Assembly: GCA_965655095.1 (NCBI GenBank)
Contig: OZ296650.1
Coordinates: forward strand, 99,634,001 to 99,698,000
DNA length: 64,000 nt
Source of the DNA: Haplodiscus bocki
Lineage: Eukaryota
Reading direction: 5' to 3'
Program-made: the position numbers and the translations under genes
Notes under the pieces: model-generated
The model's input: the letters and a program-made list of their open reading frames with translations, nothing else
Databases searched by the model: none
What the model was told of the DNA's origin: nothing
Part shown: piece by piece, positions 61,688 through 64,000 of the stretch
Layout of the letters: every line of letters begins with the position of its first letter
Position numbering within the stretch: position 1 is the stretch's first letter

Positions 61688-63467
61688 TGTCGCAGCTCAC
61701 CTGCGAGGCATGCGGCCAACCCTTACCCAAAGAAAAGCCATCCAACGCTTAATTATAACTCAAAACATTCATTAAACTTTTGACTATGACTCTATTATAT
61801 ATTTCAACTATTGTGCACATATACGGATACGTACATATACGTATCCTTAACAATGCACATAAATATGGGTACGTATTTATACGGAACCTAACTGATCCGG
61901 ACTAGGACGGAATCACTACGGAACAAACGAGTATTCACAGAGCAGTATTATTATAAAAGGTGCTATATTTATATTAATATAATTATTTAATTATTAAATA
62001 TAAATCCACCTTTTTCGCAATGAAATCGAGAAATGATTGATTACTACAAGTGCAGTTTAATTTTGAATTAGAATTAGATTGATGCTGTACGTAATTTGAC
62101 TGATCTCAATTGTATTGACTCTAGGAGTGAATATTTGTTCCGTACGTGTTCCGTCGCTACTAGTCTGGTGACGTCACTACTAATATTACTCTGCCGCGCT
62201 GTAGTGATTCCGGAATGATTCCGGAATCACTCCTCATTTGAGCAAAGAATACGACCACTACTAGTGAATACGGAATGGTTCCGGAATCGTTCCGGAATAC
62301 TCTAGTGTTACTCGTATGAATGAGGAGTAAACTAGTAGTGCTACTAGTTTCTCCTCATTTCAGAAGAGCAAGAACTAATGAGCTGTTGTTATTGATGAAG
62401 TGAAGTGAGGGCGATGATTATTTATATTATTTAAAGTCATGCATTTCCATATTTATTTTTTAATCCATTTTTATAATTAAAGAAATATTTTTCCTTTCCC
62501 ATTTATGGAATATTTTTGTATAACTGTAAACAAAAGTGTCGGCGCGGGAATAAACAATTTGATGTCCATCTCTGACGGATTAGGACCGTCCATTTTTCTG
62601 TCGAAAGGTGGAAAGGCGCGTCCTATGAGGGAAGAGATGGATGGAAAAGTTGTTTATTTCCCGCCAGAGTCGGCACTCTTACCTTTGATGCTATACTTTT
62701 CGACAGTACTTTTCCCTATTTGTACTTTGACTTGGCGTGTAAACAATTATGTTTCCCGCCAGGAAAAAGTATAAATAAGAGAAACGAAAGTACAACGTCA
62801 GAATTGTTTGGAGAACTTGTCAACATTTTCTAGAGAACTGTTAAGAGCATTTCAGAACTTCTTCGAAACTCTTGAGAATCACATTGAATCTTCTCTAAAA
62901 CGAGCGGACAATTATTTTTGATTGATAGTACTGACGATACTCAACTAACCTTCATTTTTCATTTCAATCATCATTTGTTCTTCAAATATTAATACTGTAA
63001 ACTCCCAAGCTGACTATACAATAAAACTACAATCAGTTATTAATCGTCAAATCACTTTTCCCGTAGAATGGCAACGCGCAACAAAAGAAAGCTAGCAGCT
63101 TTGAATAAAGAAAACTGTGAGGAGCACCCTAGGAGTAACTTTACCCAAAACTCAGCTGCTCCCAGATCACAGGAAGACTATATAACTCAAGTTTCCGAGG
63201 AAATTGAGGGAAGAGTTACCAAAAAGTTGTCCCAGGAATTTAGCAGAACGGAAAACCGTATACTAGGGGCATTGGCAAGATTAGATGGCTTCCTCATGAA
63301 TCCACTACTCCAGGGCCACTCCGGAAATACTCCGGAGACGTCCGGGAACACATTTAATACAAACCAGGGAACGAATGAGGACGACTCCCAGAGTGATCCT
63401 CATCCTGAAGCAGGCGGTTTCGTTAGCCAGAGGACCCAAGACTCTGGCCAACAAAACTGCTGTGACA
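61688..63467 (+). mobile_element. 5' LTR (1780 bp) of a young Gypsy-like element that continues beyond the window
   Basis: Terminal inverted 9-mers tgtcgcagc / gctgtgaca, followed immediately by PBS-like TGGTGACAGGAGT. Homologous to the solo LTR. Confidence 0.85.
62768..62777 (+). promoter_or_regulatory. Candidate LTR TATA box
   Basis: GTATAAATA is conserved in both LTRs (also ~58872), upstream of the gag ATG. A GTGACGTCAC (CRE-like) palindrome is also conserved upstream (~58254, ~62168). Confidence 0.5.
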
Positions 63468-64000
63468 TGGTGACAGGAGTTCAAAGAGAGAGTCTTTGCG
63501 GCTGTGACATGGTGACAGGAGTTACAGAACAGATTCGCAAACAACGAGACATCCTAACAAACTCTCACGAGGAAGTTATGTACTGCTCCCCTAGTACATC
63601 TTCAGGAAAGCAGAAAAAGAATAGATCCACAAGTCAACCCCAATTTCGCAGTGAAAACACCCCCGCGACAATTGAGGCAGACCAAATTTTGTTGGCACTT
63701 CAGCAGTTAGCAAACACCAATAATTCTGCAGATTTCCAGAACAACATTAACAGAATTTCTAAACTGCCAAAGTCACTTACGACAACGATGCCTACGTTTG
63801 ACGGGAAATCTGAAAAGTTCGAGCTATTTGAAGACCTGTTCCAAACAAGTCTCAAAATCCACAACCAGTTGACTGAGGAAGACAGAATAAATTACTTCCA
63901 TTCTCTTATGAGGGGAGATGCATTACAGACATTCAAAAACATTAATGGCCCAACCCGAGAGAATCTGGGAGAAATTCTAGCAGTTTTCCGAAGGAAATAT
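63068..64000 (+). CDS. gag: Gag polyprotein (open, runs off the window end)
   Basis: 311 codons without a stop: MATRNKRKLAAL...MPTFDGKSEKFELFEDLFQTSLKIH...INYFHSLMRGDALQTF...AVFRRKY (retrotransposon capsid-like). Absent from the ORF track because it has no stop in the window. Confidence 0.85.
   Translation, partial: MATRNKRKLAALNKENCEEHPRSNFTQNSAAPRSQEDYITQVSEEIEGRVTKKLSQEFSRTENRILGALARLDGFLMNPLLQGHSGNTPETSGNTFNTNQGTNEDDSQSDPHPEAGGFVSQRTQDSGQQNCCDMVTGVQRESLCGCDMVTGVTEQIRKQRDILTNSHEEVMYCSPSTSSGKQKKNRSTSQPQFRSENTPATIEADQILLALQQLANTNNSADFQNNINRISKLPKSLTTTMPTFDGKSEKFELFEDLFQTSLKIHNQLTEEDRINYFHSLMRGDALQTFKNINGPTRENLGEILAVFRRKY
63468..63480 (+). other. Primer-binding site (tRNA-Leu-like), repeated at 63510
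   Basis: TGGTGACAGGAGT directly after the LTR-terminal CA; one mismatch to the tRNA-Leu(CAG)-type PBS TGGTGTCAGGAGT. Confidence 0.7.

Overview
Repeat-saturated eukaryotic (animal-like) genomic DNA with no intact host gene visible. The window is a stack of nested mobile elements. (1) Two different full-length but decayed Polinton/Maverick (endogenous adintovirus-like) elements, each delimited by terminal inverted repeats and an exact 6-bp target-site duplication. Mav-A spans 17011-35152 (TSD GACATC, AGTAGT termini). Mav-B spans 39852-56332 (TSD AAAGTT, AATAAT-type termini). Both retain frameshifted remnants of protein-primed PolB, rve integrase, A32-like ATPase, adenain protease, and major and minor capsid genes. 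Mav-A carries an EGF-receptor-ligand-type growth-factor gene in its accessory region, which is the most striking observation. Mav-B has two tandem minor-capsid paralogues and a fold-back palindrome in its right TIR. (2) A Ty3/Gypsy-like family with ~1.77-kb LTRs: a solo LTR at 57724-59488 (TSD GGTAG) and a 5' LTR at 61688-63467. In this family the gag ORF starts inside the LTR and reads through the LTR end and a repeated PBS. (3) Older Gypsy pol debris, several MITEs with identifiable TSDs, and ~175-bp degenerate tandem arrays with higher-order structure. All protein-family calls come from motif recognition by eye, not from database searches, and pseudogene boundaries are approximate.
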